DNA of 61,079 nucleotides, filler included, from Globobulimina sp. (taxonomy: Eukaryota), in assembly GCA_003354225.1 (NCBI GenBank). It is 16 parts of 16 records of this genome, joined end to end, with 100 filler letters (N's around TTAATTAATTAA, not from the genome) between each part and the next. Parts side by side here need not be neighbours in the genome. Positions count along the whole stretch, not along the records: positions 49,716 to 53,437 come from PIVH01002204.1; positions 53,538 to 57,258 come from PIVH01002205.1; positions 57,359 to 61,079 come from PIVH01002206.1; 13 more parts are not named here. The stretch is one strand, 5' to 3'. A model generated the notes under the pieces. The model was not told the DNA's origin. It was given only the letters and a program-made list of their open reading frames with translations, and did not search any database. Shown in pieces: positions 49,716-61,079 of this stretch; the first letter of the stretch is position 1; the number at the start of each line of letters is the position of its first letter. The position numbers and the translations under genes are program-made.

Positions 49716-51047
49716 TTCAATAAAAGAATGAATAAAAAAATGAATGAGAAGAATATAAATTATATTTATGATAATAAATTATTATTGGAATGGAATAATA
49801 AATGTGTTAGGAGGTGGTTGGTGGAAAATGATTTAAATGTTTTATTATCGTTTGTAAATAATTTATTATTTGATGGGATCCATTTATTATCTTTTAATAA
49901 ACACAGAGCAATGGACATTTTATCAAATAAAGAATTTTTATTGTTTAAAAAAGAAGAATTTTTTGAGAAATTAATAGATTTAAAGATGGAATGTAAGCAG
50001 TTATTGAAAGGAATTGTGAATAATTATGTTGATGATTATATGCTTTTTCTTCCTCCATCGCAAGCAGTCGCGGATAATATATTTGGTCAATTTTGTGGTT
50101 TTATAAAAAAAGCAGGTTTTATTGAAAAGAAGGAGAAGAGAGAGGGACCGGCAGATCTTTTAGAAATGATTGGTTATGATATCAATACAAATGATATGTT
50201 GGTACAAATGAAGGAAGTTAAAATAAAGAAAGTTGAAGAGTTAATAAATGAGGTGTTGCTATATCAGGTGGTCCCGTTAGAGACATATGAATCAATTATA
50301 GGGAAATTGCAGGATTTATCGTGTTTAAAATGGCCGGGAAAGGCTTTTTTGAAGAGATTAAGAGATAAATTATATGAATATATTAAATTATATGGAAGGA
50401 AGAATGTGATTATAATATTGGAAAGCTGGCAAATTTTGGATTTATTGTGGTGGAGGAAGTATATTAGATTAATAAATAAAGCATCAATTTTTGATGTTGT
50501 TGATCCAATATATCCGGAGGATGAAATACATTTTGATGCAGCAACGAATGGATGTCGTGAAGAGGGATGGTGTCCGGCTATCGGTTGTTGGTACAAAAGC
50601 AATTGGTTTGCGATTCCATTGCCGAATGAATTCACAAATGTATATAGATCATTAAGGACTGAGTATGTAAAAGAATTCGCGATCGCTCATTTTGAAATGT
50701 TGGCAATCATCATAGGATTGTTTACATTTAGACGTTTAATTAGGTCGCATACAAAGATTCTGTTAAAAACAGATAACAAACACGTTGAGGCGGTTATAAT
50801 TAATAAAAATTCAGATGACGAATTCTTGCAAGATGGGGTACGGTGGCTTTGCATGTTTGCAGTGGAACAATCTGTAAATTTATACATTGATTATGTCAAT
50901 TCAAAAGCAAATAAAATCCCTGACTTGGCATCAAGGTTTGATATAAAAACATTACTGAAGGTCGCAAGAAATAAATGTAGGAAAAATGGATGGATTTTGT
51001 CAGATTTTTCAAGAAAATGTGAAATTCCAAACATACATGAATGGTAA
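49716..51047 (+). CDS. DIRS-like RT/RNase H, 5' truncated, with a SAM-like insert before YVDD
   Basis: YVDD, LEMIGYDI, SIIGKL, DLLWW, HFDAA, IAHFEMLA, KTDN, NKIPDLASR. Confidence 0.88.
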   Translation, partial: FNKRMNKKMNEKNINYIYDNKLLLEWNNKCVRRWLVENDLNVLLSFVNNLLFDGIHLLSFNKHRAMDILSNKEFLLFKKEEFFEKLIDLKMECKQLLKGIVNNYVDDYMLFLPPSQAVADNIFGQFCGFIKKAGFIEKKEKREGPADLLEMIGYDINTNDMLVQMKEVKIKKVEELINEVLLYQVVPLETYESIIGKLQDLSCLKWPGKAFLKRLRDKLYEYIKLYGRKNVIIILESWQILDLLWWRKYIRLINKASIFDVVDPIYPEDEIHFDAATNGCREEGWCPAIGCWYKSNWFAIPLPNEFTNVYRSLRTEYVKEFAIAHFEMLAIIIGLFTFRRLIRSHTKILLKTDNKHVEAVIINKNSDDEFLQDGVRWLCMFAVEQSVNLYIDYVNSKANKIPDLASRFDIKTLLKVARNKCRKNGWILSDFSRKCEIPNIHEW

Positions 51048-51909
51048 TTGGCATTTGGTGCATTTTAATCCGATTTAACGTAATATCCCATTTATTTATA
51101 ATAATTATATTGATTCGTAATGTGATATTTGATTTTAATGTATTTAGATTATCTGTAATATATTAATAATGAATATTATTATAATAAATGAGTGCATGGA
51201 TTGAATACTGTGTTTTGCAATGGTTTGTATTGTATGGAGCAGTGATTACGTTTAGTTGACGCGGTTTGCTTTCGCGATAACAGACTGACTTAGCATTTGC
51301 ATTTAGAATTAGTTGAAATTGGGTTAATTTGATGAGTAAAATTGATATTCTCTGAATAAATAAATTGAATTTGTATACGTTTAATATATTTTATGTTGAT
51401 TTTCCTTATGTGTTTATCATTTGATTTTGATTAAATTATGCTTGGTTTGCGTTTATTTAATCAAATTTGGCAATTAATCGACCAAAATGCTGTGTTTATC
51501 AATCAAAATCAGTATTTGATTGAATTGTTCATATTGAAAATGATAATGGCAGTTTGATGCATTTGCTATGAAATAATATTATTTATTGAGAGATTTGGAG
51601 TCTTTAGTACCGAGATAGATATTTACTGCCATTTACAATGGATTTGCATAGTTTACAAATAGATAATAGTTAATATAAAGTACTATGATAAGTTGTGAAT
51701 AATATGGCGATATTGCCTGTATTCAGTATAACAGAGTGCATATATCTGAATTTGTGAATAACTGTAGGTATTCAGAGGTTTATTGTACGTGTTTAGGTGT
51801 GGTGTAAAGTGTAGGTGTCATTGTTTTTTACTTTTTTGAAGGGGCTGTTTTTATTTTGAGTTAAAAGTGAAAAACCGTTTTTGTTTCTAGTTTGTGTGGT
51901 TTGTAAAGT

Positions 51910-53271
51910 TTGTATTGTGTGAGATATACAGTTAGAAGCAAACAATATGATCATCCGATATGGTCAAAAGTAAACCCGATTTATAAAGAATTATTATATC
52001 AAGCATTAAATGGGGGAGTAAAGGTGACCACAGAATCAACTTATATGCAGAATTTCCTATATTATTGGAAAACGATGCGAAAATTAGGATTATCGGATGA
52101 GGAAATTTGGACTTTTCCGACTCCGGATGCGTTCCTGCAGCTATATACAATACATTGTTGTATGGTGCAGAAGAAAGTAAATTGTTGGAAGACCATGAGG
52201 TTGAAATATCGCTCGATTGATTTTGTCGCACAGTTATGTGGCGAATTTCAGTCATGGTCGGATAATCCGTCCTTATTCGCATTAACGCAGTATGTTAAAA
52301 AAACGAATCCAGGGAAAGGATCAGACACTTTGCCCGTAACTGCGGATATTTTATTGCAAATCATAAAATATATTTTAGCCTTTAAAGTATACAAAGGTTT
52401 AAGGTTAACGGATTATGAAAAGGAATTGAAGAGTGATTGGTTGTCATTTAAGAAGATATGGACAGATACCAATAGATTGTTTTGGTATATGTTTGCGATG
52501 TCGCTCTTATTTGTAGGTATATTAGGATTAAGGGGGGCGGAGTGTTATGAAAATACAAATAAAGCGTATGTCGGTTATGGCATTTATTTGTCGGACTTGG
52601 ATTTTTATTGGAAATGTGAGGGTATAAATGCAATATATCGAAGTAATGGTTATTCCCTTGCTTTTGATGAATTACATCACGTTCGGATAAGGTTAAGAAA
52701 TTCGAAAGGAAAGACAAAAGGGAAGGATGTAATGTTAAGGATTGGGAGGACGAAGAATAAAATAGATCCGGCGGTGATATTGTATCATATTTATCAAACA
52801 CAAAAGAGAGATTTAAAGAGAATACATAATAAAAGTTTGAAGAATTATTATGTTTTTCAACCAATTAAAAGAAGCTTTAAATTAAGAACGGTTAAAAAAT
52901 ATTGGAAGAAAGTTATATTAGAAATGGGTTTCTGGGAACCGCAGAGATATAGGTTTCATGGCTTAAGAAAGGGTTTTGCCACAACCTTGCAACAGAAGGG
53001 AGTGCCAATGAGTTTGATTGCATTTGCAGGGAGATGGAAATTGACGGCAGCAATATATAAATATTTAATACATACACAAAGGGATTTGATTGCGGTGGCG
53101 AATATATTTATTTATGGTAAAAATAAAAATAGTGTTGCTATTGATATGGATGCAGCGGAATGTGATTTGGTGAGAGAATTTCCTAATAATAAGGATAAAT
53201 TCTCGATGGAGTTTATGAATAAATATCAGGAGAGATTATGTGAATATGAAATTGATTTAAATATTGGGTAA
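51910..53271 (+). CDS. Tyrosine recombinase of a DIRS-like retrotransposon
   Basis: GLRGAE, RNSKG, FHGLRKG, AGRW, YKYL; intact catalytic set. Confidence 0.9.
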   Translation: MYCVRYTVRSKQYDHPIWSKVNPIYKELLYQALNGGVKVTTESTYMQNFLYYWKTMRKLGLSDEEIWTFPTPDAFLQLYTIHCCMVQKKVNCWKTMRLKYRSIDFVAQLCGEFQSWSDNPSLFALTQYVKKTNPGKGSDTLPVTADILLQIIKYILAFKVYKGLRLTDYEKELKSDWLSFKKIWTDTNRLFWYMFAMSLLFVGILGLRGAECYENTNKAYVGYGIYLSDLDFYWKCEGINAIYRSNGYSLAFDELHHVRIRLRNSKGKTKGKDVMLRIGRTKNKIDPAVILYHIYQTQKRDLKRIHNKSLKNYYVFQPIKRSFKLRTVKKYWKKVILEMGFWEPQRYRFHGLRKGFATTLQQKGVPMSLIAFAGRWKLTAAIYKYLIHTQRDLIAVANIFIYGKNKNSVAIDMDAAECDLVREFPNNKDKFSMEFMNKYQERLCEYEIDLNIG

Positions 53272-53537
53272 TTAATCTATAGGTGTTTCTGTTTTATTAT
53301 TTTACGATGTGGAGTTTATTTCATATATTTAATAGTAATTTGTATATAATACAATGTATATTGATAATGAACGAGGTGGAGATTGGTATAGGTTTGGTAT
53401 TGTGGTATTTGGTGTTATTGTTAATATGTATTATGTTNNNNNNNNNNNNNNNNNNNNNNNNNNNNNNNNNNNNNNNNNNNNTTAATTAATTAANNNNNNN
53501 NNNNNNNNNNNNNNNNNNNNNNNNNNNNNNNNNNNNN

Positions 53538-53633
53538 TAAGGACGCACCAATCGTGGTGGCAAACCCTGCAGCAAATGTTAACAGAATTGCTAAATTAAT
53601 ATTTTCTTGGGGATGAGCATCGGAATCAGTCAT
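53538..53633 (-). CDS. 5' end of a ZIP/ZupT-like metal transporter
   Basis: NINLAILLTFAAGFATTIGAS matches the first TM helix of ZupT-type proteins; only 32 codons visible. Confidence 0.6.
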
Positions 53634-53725
53634 ATTTTGTGTTGGGAATTGATATTGGCAAAATAAGTAGTGAGTTGAGTTAAGTTTTTTTTTCAACACA
53701 CAATTCACGAAAAACTCCTTCCGAA

Positions 53726-56700
53726 ATGAACTATATTATGGCGATTGTGATATCGTCATTGGTAACATCCACATTACCCACATTTATTGAACCGCCACAA
53801 GTTGAAATATTGGCAGGAACATCATACGATTTCTCAATCGATTATTGCACAATTTCAATACCACCATATATATCAACCATGAATGCACATTGTTACTGTT
53901 TCTATAATCCAACTACAGAAATATCATTTAATTGCAGCGTACCTGGACCAACATTTATATTCTATGCAGGAGACAAAGTATCAATGACATGGCACAATCG
54001 CATGAGTGGTGATTCAATATCTGATTCATCATATTTTAATAAACAAAAGGACTTAGATATAACCAATATACATACACATGGACTTCGTTAAGTAAATGCG
54101 TAACTCCATAACCCCACTAACCCCACACATTTGAAACAGATATAGGTCCCGATCAAGATGCGATATCTCATAACATACTGCCTGGATACAGTCATACATA
54201 TAAATATAGCGTCCCGTCCTACCATTATCCAGGAACACATTGGTTACATGCACAGCATCACGGAAGTGCGTCATTTCAAGTAATATCCGGTTTATTTGCT
54301 GCATTGTTGATCAAATATTCAGAGGATTACAGCTATCAATTAGGTGATATCGATGATAGTTTAATGAATATGAAAGAGAATGTATTGTTATTCCATTGGT
54401 ATTATATAATAACAACCGCGATATGTAATTGCAGCAACACTACGGAATGGAAAACATATTTTTATTATCCGCCACAATTCAATGTTTCTGATTGTATTTC
54501 AGGGAAAGAATGTTTCCAAGTTTTCTCGCATTGCCATGAATATTGTTCCATGCCTGAAACACAACGCTTATTATCTGGTTATACATATAACATACAATCC
54601 GATTACAACAATAACTTTCAATTATTTGTTGTGAATGGACAGTTCGAACCTATTATTAAAATACGCGTGAATCGATTTCGTAGATTACGATTTATTAATG
54701 CCATGACGCAGTATTATATACAATATAAATTTCCTACCTCGCACTGCGAATGGTATATAATTGCAATTGATGGCATATTTTTATATAACAATGAAGTAAG
54801 AAGTATTAATTCTGCTCCTTATTTCGGTGAATATTTATTGCCATCCGGAGGGAGATTAGATGTGATTGTTAAATGTGATATGCTCGGCACTCATAGCATT
54901 GTGACGTCAGAGAACACAGAGATTGATGCTGATTTATTTAACATTGGGAGAGCACCCGCTGGCTATACATTATTTAAAATCTACATAACTGCTGATGGTG
55001 AGGATGTGGTTAGAGATGTACCCGAATCATATCCGGTGAGACCAAATTATTTAACGGATTTAAGTGAGAAAGAAATCAATATTTGTGGTTGTAATACGTA
55101 TAACAGAAATAATAATAATACCGGTATTATCACATGGAATGACACTGAATGTGGCATCGTATTTAATATGAAAAACAACCATAATGTGAATGGTCTTGTT
55201 TTTAATCCAAATAAACCGTCCACTGTTAAGTATTTATAACCAATATTTGCGTATGTTTGTTTTTGTATCTTTGTAGATATTTGCCAGAGTGTGAAACGAA
55301 CACAAAATTTATATTTGATGACATTCGAATTCCAAAACTCTGAAATCAAGCAAATGGTTTCGTTTCCCACTCTGTTATTGCAGTGTGTTTTGTGTGTCTA
55401 TAGTCATTGGAATACGGTCAAGTATACGAATTTACATTAATTCCCCATATGCACGCATACCATCAACGCATATTTCCGTTCCAAATGCAAACGGATATTG
55501 GAATGAATGGCTTCCAGGCTCAAGCCGGTGATTACCATGATACCATTGGTGGGCCCAAAAATAAACAATTTAAATTTCGAAGCTATCCAATTGATTTTAG
55601 CGGACCGCAAATTATTCAATGTCATCAATTAACACACCAAGATATGGGAATGATGGCTTATATCGATATATTACAACCACATCAGACATGTAATGCCTAC
55701 ACTGGCGAAATCATTGGGAATCCCACCATGAAACCAACACCGATTCCCACTCAAAACCCTACGTTATCACCAACCAAAATACCAACAAACACACCAACCC
55801 CTCAACCAACTGGAGCACCCACATTAAGACCTACAAGCAAACCAAGTTAATTTCGGATTTGTTTATCTATATATTATATTTTGCGGAGTTTTTTTATTAT
55901 TTGTTAGCACGATCACCACTGCGCGATATTTGTCCAATTGAGCCAGGCATATACATGGATTTCATCGTATTATTTGACAATTCGTGCGGATTAAGTGCCG
56001 ATACTGGTGATGATTTATTAGAATTTGTAGGAGAAGTTATATCCGTTATATTAGCGGACACAAATAAAACCAGAGTACAAACTATGGCCACCAGACCCGT
56101 TGGGGCGCCCGATATTATTGTCGTATTTGGCAATACAAATTTACAAAATGATCCGGTCCGATATGTTCAAACTGTACGGGAATTTGGGGAATGTACAGAT
56201 GGTGGAGCTGGTTCAACTGATTTACTGCATGCACTTCATGATTCTTTCTTATATTTTGATGTGTCAGACAATAGAATTGATAAAATAATAATAATCAGCG
56301 CCTGTCAAGATAACAGAGACGCGATATGTGATGAAATGGCACATGAATTATCACAGCATGATATTGATTCATATGTTATAAACTTTATGGACTTATCCGA
56401 TGCAAGCAATGTGATTACGGCTCCACAAACAGATAATTATTTAAAATGTGTGGCAGATTATGATGACACTCGTGTTTGTTCCGGTGAATTGGGACATGAT
56501 GATGACGAAATTATTGATAATTGTTTGGTGTCTCATGTTTGTAGTGTGCCTACGAAAACACCCAGTCTTCTTCCATCCACACAACCAACATTTCAGCCTA
56601 CAACAAAACCAACCACGCAGCCATCGGTGCCACCGACAAAACCACCATCAAAACAGCTTTCAATTTCACCTACAAAACAGCCATCGAAGCAACCATCAAT

Positions 56701-57258
56701 TTCGCCTACAAAACAGCCATCATTTTCACCTACAAAACAGCCTTCAATTTCACCTACAAAACAACCCTCGATATCACCAACGATTTCACCTACAAAACAA
56801 CCATCAATTTCGCCGACAAAACTGCCCTCCATTTCGCCTACAAAACAACCCTCGATGTCACCTACAAAAACACCAACGATTTCACCTACAAAACAATCCA
56901 CAAATAAACCCACACAAAATCCAACGCAGTCCCGAACATACCGACCGACTGCAGAGCCTACTGTTGGGCCAAATGGATCCCCAACAACGTTACTGTTACC
57001 ACCAACAAGTTTTGTTTTGTTTGCAGTGGCTATATAAAAATATGTCTGTTTTTTTTTAGAAGCAAGTGGTGAATGTTTTGTTGGCGAAGCATGTCAAGAT
57101 ACATTGGATTGTTGCATGGATGATGTTGAGGGGGGAAGAGGAATCACATGTTCTTGCTATACCAAAATGAGTGTAACTGTGGAGGACAGATTTTGTTGCA
57201 TTTTGAAAGGATATGATGGCTGTATGTCCGACAATGATTGCTGTAAAGTCCGAACATT
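53726..57258 (+). CDS. Multicopper-oxidase-like protein with PT linker, vWA domain, SPTKQP repeats and Cys-rich tail; introns 54087-54139, 55225-55403, 55846-55907, 57009-57059; 3' truncated
   Basis: TNIHTHGLH, GTHWLHAQHHG, HAYHQR, QCHQLTHQDMGMM; DFIVLFDNS vWA start; phase-compatible GT-AG introns. Confidence 0.85.
56550..56930 (+). repeat. 24-bp coding repeats (SISPTKQP), mucin-like stalk
   Basis: Repeated TCACCTACAAAACAGCCATCAATT-like units. Confidence 0.85.
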
Positions 57259-57358
57259 NNNNNNNNNNNNNNNNNNNNNNNNNNNNNNNNNNNNNNNNNN
57301 NNTTAATTAATTAANNNNNNNNNNNNNNNNNNNNNNNNNNNNNNNNNNNNNNNNNNNN

Positions 57359-59205
57359 GATGAGCCAAATAGCACCTATGCCAAAAAAATAAAACCATTA
57401 CGCGATTGCGGCAATTGGTTGCTATGTACATTATTGCTCGGCAATGTAGCCGTAAACACAGGGCTGTCAATATTATTAGCAGATAAATCGGATGCATTGA
57501 TTGGTTTCATTGCGTCCACAGTAGTCATTGTTGTGATGGGTGAAATCATACCGCAGGCATTGTGCTCGCGATATGCATTGTGGATTGGTGCACGCACAGT
57601 GCGTTTGGTATGGTTTATAATGGCATTGCTAGCCTTTGTCGGGTACCCAATTGGAATGATTTTTGATTATTTTTTATGCAAAGAATGAGGTACAAATTAC
57701 AGTCCCGCAGTATTAAAGGAATTAATTAATATTCACGCTAAAGATGATGGGACCGCCGTTAATACGCAATCTGCAAATATCATGAAAGGCGCATTGGAGT
57801 TACAAGAAACTGTGATCAGAGACGTTATGACTGTCATCGATGATGTATTCTGGTTGTCGCAAGACACAACACTAACATTTGATGTCCTGACACAAATATT
57901 CAAATCTGGTGTGGTCCTGTTTAATTTGTCTCCATTTTGACACAATTATATCAGATGATGTGTTGTTTTTTGCTGTTAACAACAGGTCACTCCAGGATTC
58001 CGATACTGAAAAAAACGGATTTCGGAAATAATTTGCATTTGGTAGGGGTATTATATGCAAAAGACTTAGTATTATTAGACCCCGACGACGAGATCTCTGT
58101 ATTGCATATTATGAATGCCTTCAAATATAAAAAACCAATATTTCTGTCCGCAAACACGCATTTGGACCAATGTTTAAAAATATTTGTCCATTCCCGTCAA
58201 CATTTGTGTATGGTAAAGGATGACACAGCGAATGAGAATTCTGCAGCTGAGCGGAAAATGTCATATTTTGATGAATATCTACAAAAGCAGCAACAAAACA
58301 GTGTCCCCGTTGGCAATGAAGTGTCGATCGGGATTATTACTTTAGAAGATGTGATTGAACACGCTTTGCAAACTGAGTTGGTGGATGAACACGATGTGTT
58401 TATTAATATGCGCTCACAGCTAAAAACAAATAGATTATCCCGAATTGATTGGAGTATATTGCAGATGTTTGATCATCGACAAAAAATATTAACCAACTTA
58501 CCACCACAAGAATTACAGGCGGTTTATCATTTTTTCTCTCATTCCATCCGATCTTTTATGCCGCAACATAGCAAATGTTCAGAGTCGTCTATTAAAAACC
58601 TGTTGATCTCCTCCTCCGTCGTTAAAGTTGATGTAAATAACCATAGCGCTGACTCATCAAAAAGCAATTTGAATACGAATCGAATATTAGTGAATCGTGA
58701 TCCATATAAAGAAATTGAGAGCAATGGATTGTTATTGTATCAAAGGGATACAAAAACAGAATATTTTACATTAATTTTAGATGGTAAATGCGAAATTTAT
58801 GCTGGAAAGCAAGGGTTTAGATCCACATTATCGCGATGGACGTATTTATGTCCGGATGCATTAGAGATTGTTGACCAGTGTGTAGCGGCAGGCAAACCAT
58901 TATTAGATTATGTGCCAGATTTTACATGTAAAGTGATTGCGGATGCAAGAGTTTTAAGAATAAAATTATGTGATTTTAAAGCATGTATTCAAGGGCGCTT
59001 TGACGTAATTCAAACTGCTTCGTTAAAACAAGGCTGCTCTAAAACTACAACAATACGCAATCATGACAATATGCAACCAGAATACGAACAATCTATCCAT
59101 AAAATAGAAATGTCATCGACATCCGATAGTTTACGATACACCAAAAAACGACGCCCTTTAACTCCTGGATCCAGCAACAACAAAAATATAAATTTAACCT
59201 TGTAA
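57359..59205 (+). CDS. CNNM/DUF21-CBS metal transporter, 5' truncated; intron 57909-57985; in-frame TGA at 57686-57688
   Basis: LLCTLLLGNVAVN, GEIIPQALCSRY, GHSRIP, VGVLYAKDL, GIITLEDVIE, FTLILDG, YVPDFT. Confidence 0.85.
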
Positions 59206-59474
59206 AGCTTAACTTATGTGTGCATGGCTATTATTTAAACTTAAGTAAAATTATTTGAAACTCTAAAAATATAAAATTAAATCCTTGAAATCCCAAAAAG
59301 TCTAGTTACGGGATAGTAATTATATAGCTTTTCTTGGAAATACAGGCAAAAAAAGTCAAAAATTGAAGACCAAAAACATTCAAAAAATAACATAAAAGAA
59401 AAAAATTATAATTAAAACACGAAAAGTCGACACAATAAAAATGATTTGTATTTTAATTTGATTGCCAGATAATG

Positions 59475-61049
59475 TTATTTTTGATGGAAACTAGTCAATT
59501 TCTGAAAAATTGGTGTATCTTGAAATCGTTTCTTTGAATCAATCATCAAATATATCATTTGATTGCAACACGGAACAAATAAATTAGTTAATTTTTTATC
59601 TGTGACACTTTTGTTTTCTATGAACGTCGGATAATTTCCCATTAATTTATTATATTTGCTTCTTTCTTCCGAAGATATATTTATTTCAAATTCTGCCCCA
59701 TTTTTAATATATTTTGCATATAATTTCCATGCTTTCTCCTTATTTGCAAACTGTTTATTTTGTACAATAAACGATTCTGGAATATTTGTCGCTAATTTAA
59801 TGTCATTTTTTTGACTGTCACTATTACGCCGCGCAGGTGTTCCATGTATAGATATCATATAATCTCGAAATTGAACAAACTCAGTTAAACTTAATAGACA
59901 TTCAACGCTAAATTCCTTCGATAAATGTTTAATAAACTCGTTATAATAAATAGTTGAAGACAACATTTGATATAAATCATCGCGGAATGAATGATTTAAG
60001 TTAACATTGGCTGTGTTTGATGGGTACGACTCAGATAAATCCAATGTGGCGGTATGATCGTCACTTTCCTGTAGAATACGAACTATTTTCTTTTTGGGCT
60101 GTATCTCAATGCAATGTTTCTGCTTTAAACCCAACTGTAATTTGTTCGATATTTTATGTATTTCATATCGATGCGTTTTGATAATATTTTGACATCTTTG
60201 ATTGACCCAAGATGTCGATATTAACATAGCAATGAATTGCACAGCAACAATAATTTGAAATTCTATAAATAATATAATATCCGCAATCAATGCATTCTTT
60301 ATTTCAATCCCGCTCATTATTAACAGCCACGAGTAATACACAAAATACTGGACACATAAACAAATAAATATATATTTCATCTCTTTGGTGATATAAAAGT
60401 TGTCATTGAATGCAGGCGTTTTGATATAAATAATAATTAAAAGTATGAAAGGAATGGCATAATCCCACCCGGCATACAATTCACGTAAATGCGTGTTTGT
60501 GTCCTTTGAATTGCCGTAAAATTGTGGGTAAATAATATGTGTAATGACATACATGGTAGTAAATATAATGGCAATTATTAAACATATAAATCCCACAAAA
60601 TAAGTGCTGCCAAATGTTTCTCTGTATTTTGCATAAAATGTGTTGGATGCTTGTTTGTTTTGTGTATGATTAATAATTGCTTTCCATTCACAATTAATTA
60701 CAATATTATTTAACATGATGTTATATCGTAATAACCAAAATTTCCACACAAAGCAATATAAAAAAAAAGCTGCTAAATAAGCAGTTATCGCATTGACAAT
60801 GTCATCTTCCAACGTATCTCTACCAAAGATATGAAATGACGATACGGCTGAAAATGCACTACATATCAGTTTAATAATTAATAGTATTGATTGTATTACT
60901 GTGATATTCGAATATCGTAACAAATAAACAATATTAGTGTCGCGTGATTGGTATTTTCGTAAATGATAAATAATAATTGGACAATATATAAATAACCATA
61001 AAATACAGCTAGATAATATAAAGAATAGGGACACTGCATCGATTGACAT
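59475..61049 (-). CDS. 7TM-RGS protein (membrane receptor-like GAP for G-alpha)
   Basis: About seven hydrophobic helices, then FIKHLSKEFSVECLL...LYAKYI..GAEFEINISSEER. Confidence 0.88.
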   Translation of the reverse strand: MSIDAVSLFFILSSCILWLFIYCPIIIYHLRKYQSRDTNIVYLLRYSNITVIQSILLIIKLICSAFSAVSSFHIFGRDTLEDDIVNAITAYLAAFFLYCFVWKFWLLRYNIMLNNIVINCEWKAIINHTQNKQASNTFYAKYRETFGSTYFVGFICLIIAIIFTTMYVITHIIYPQFYGNSKDTNTHLRELYAGWDYAIPFILLIIIYIKTPAFNDNFYITKEMKYIFICLCVQYFVYYSWLLIMSGIEIKNALIADIILFIEFQIIVAVQFIAMLISTSWVNQRCQNIIKTHRYEIHKISNKLQLGLKQKHCIEIQPKKKIVRILQESDDHTATLDLSESYPSNTANVNLNHSFRDDLYQMLSSTIYYNEFIKHLSKEFSVECLLSLTEFVQFRDYMISIHGTPARRNSDSQKNDIKLATNIPESFIVQNKQFANKEKAWKLYAKYIKNGAEFEINISSEERSKYNKLMGNYPTFIENKSVTDKKLTNLFVPCCNQMIYLMIDSKKRFQDTPIFQKLTSFHQK

Positions 61050-61079
61050 GTTCGACAGCTTTACGTTTTTCTCGTCTCG

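Larger units (their letters stand above)
49716..53437 (+). mobile_element. Tyrosine-recombinase retrotransposon (RT-RH, 860-bp spacer, YR)
   Basis: Gene order and consistent G/T strand skew across the contig. Confidence 0.85.

Noticed and set aside
20657-53271. Joining the gag, RT/RH and YR contigs into one element
   Set aside because: They are separate contigs, the two RH-YR sets are highly divergent from each other, and no shared terminal repeats were seen.
56448-57059. Alternative-frame Q/H/N-rich and antisense ORFs
   Set aside because: Shadows of the SPTKQP coding repeats of the multicopper gene.

Overview
The window is not one locus. It is 16 unrelated contigs of 3727 to 3721 bp, sorted by decreasing length and joined by 100-bp linkers (N44-TTAATTAATTAA-N44), so adjacency across a linker means nothing. 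The DNA is AT-rich, eukaryotic and compact, with short GT-AG introns. A foraminiferan/Rhizarian source is my inference from gene content. Host genes include TAF1B/Rrn7, PRPF31, a Cys-type SELENOO, a C2H2 factor, CNNM, a 7TM-RGS, a ZupT-like transporter, ubiquitin-like proteins and a PPPDE peptidase. Mobile DNA includes three pieces of DIRS/Ngaro-like tyrosine-recombinase retroelements, a dead LINE RT, a TV-Pol-like viral polymerase, a DDE-like transposase, and TIR/MITE elements. The strongest oddities are: (1) three long Y/T-shaped palindromes with two GC 'ears', parvovirus-telomere-like, punctuating a transposase-like locus, one apparently supplying a splice acceptor; (2) a multicopper oxidase that has lost exactly the three His ligands of one T3 copper plus the proton-donor Glu, head-to-head with a metal transporter; (3) a signal-peptide-bearing fusion of a heme-oxygenase-like diiron domain to a bacterial-type class II aldolase; (4) DIRS-like elements with a SAM-like insert inside the RT, an intron in gag, AUG-less recombinase ORFs and an array of GNA-triloop hairpins. 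All family calls come from motif recognition by eye; no searches were run.
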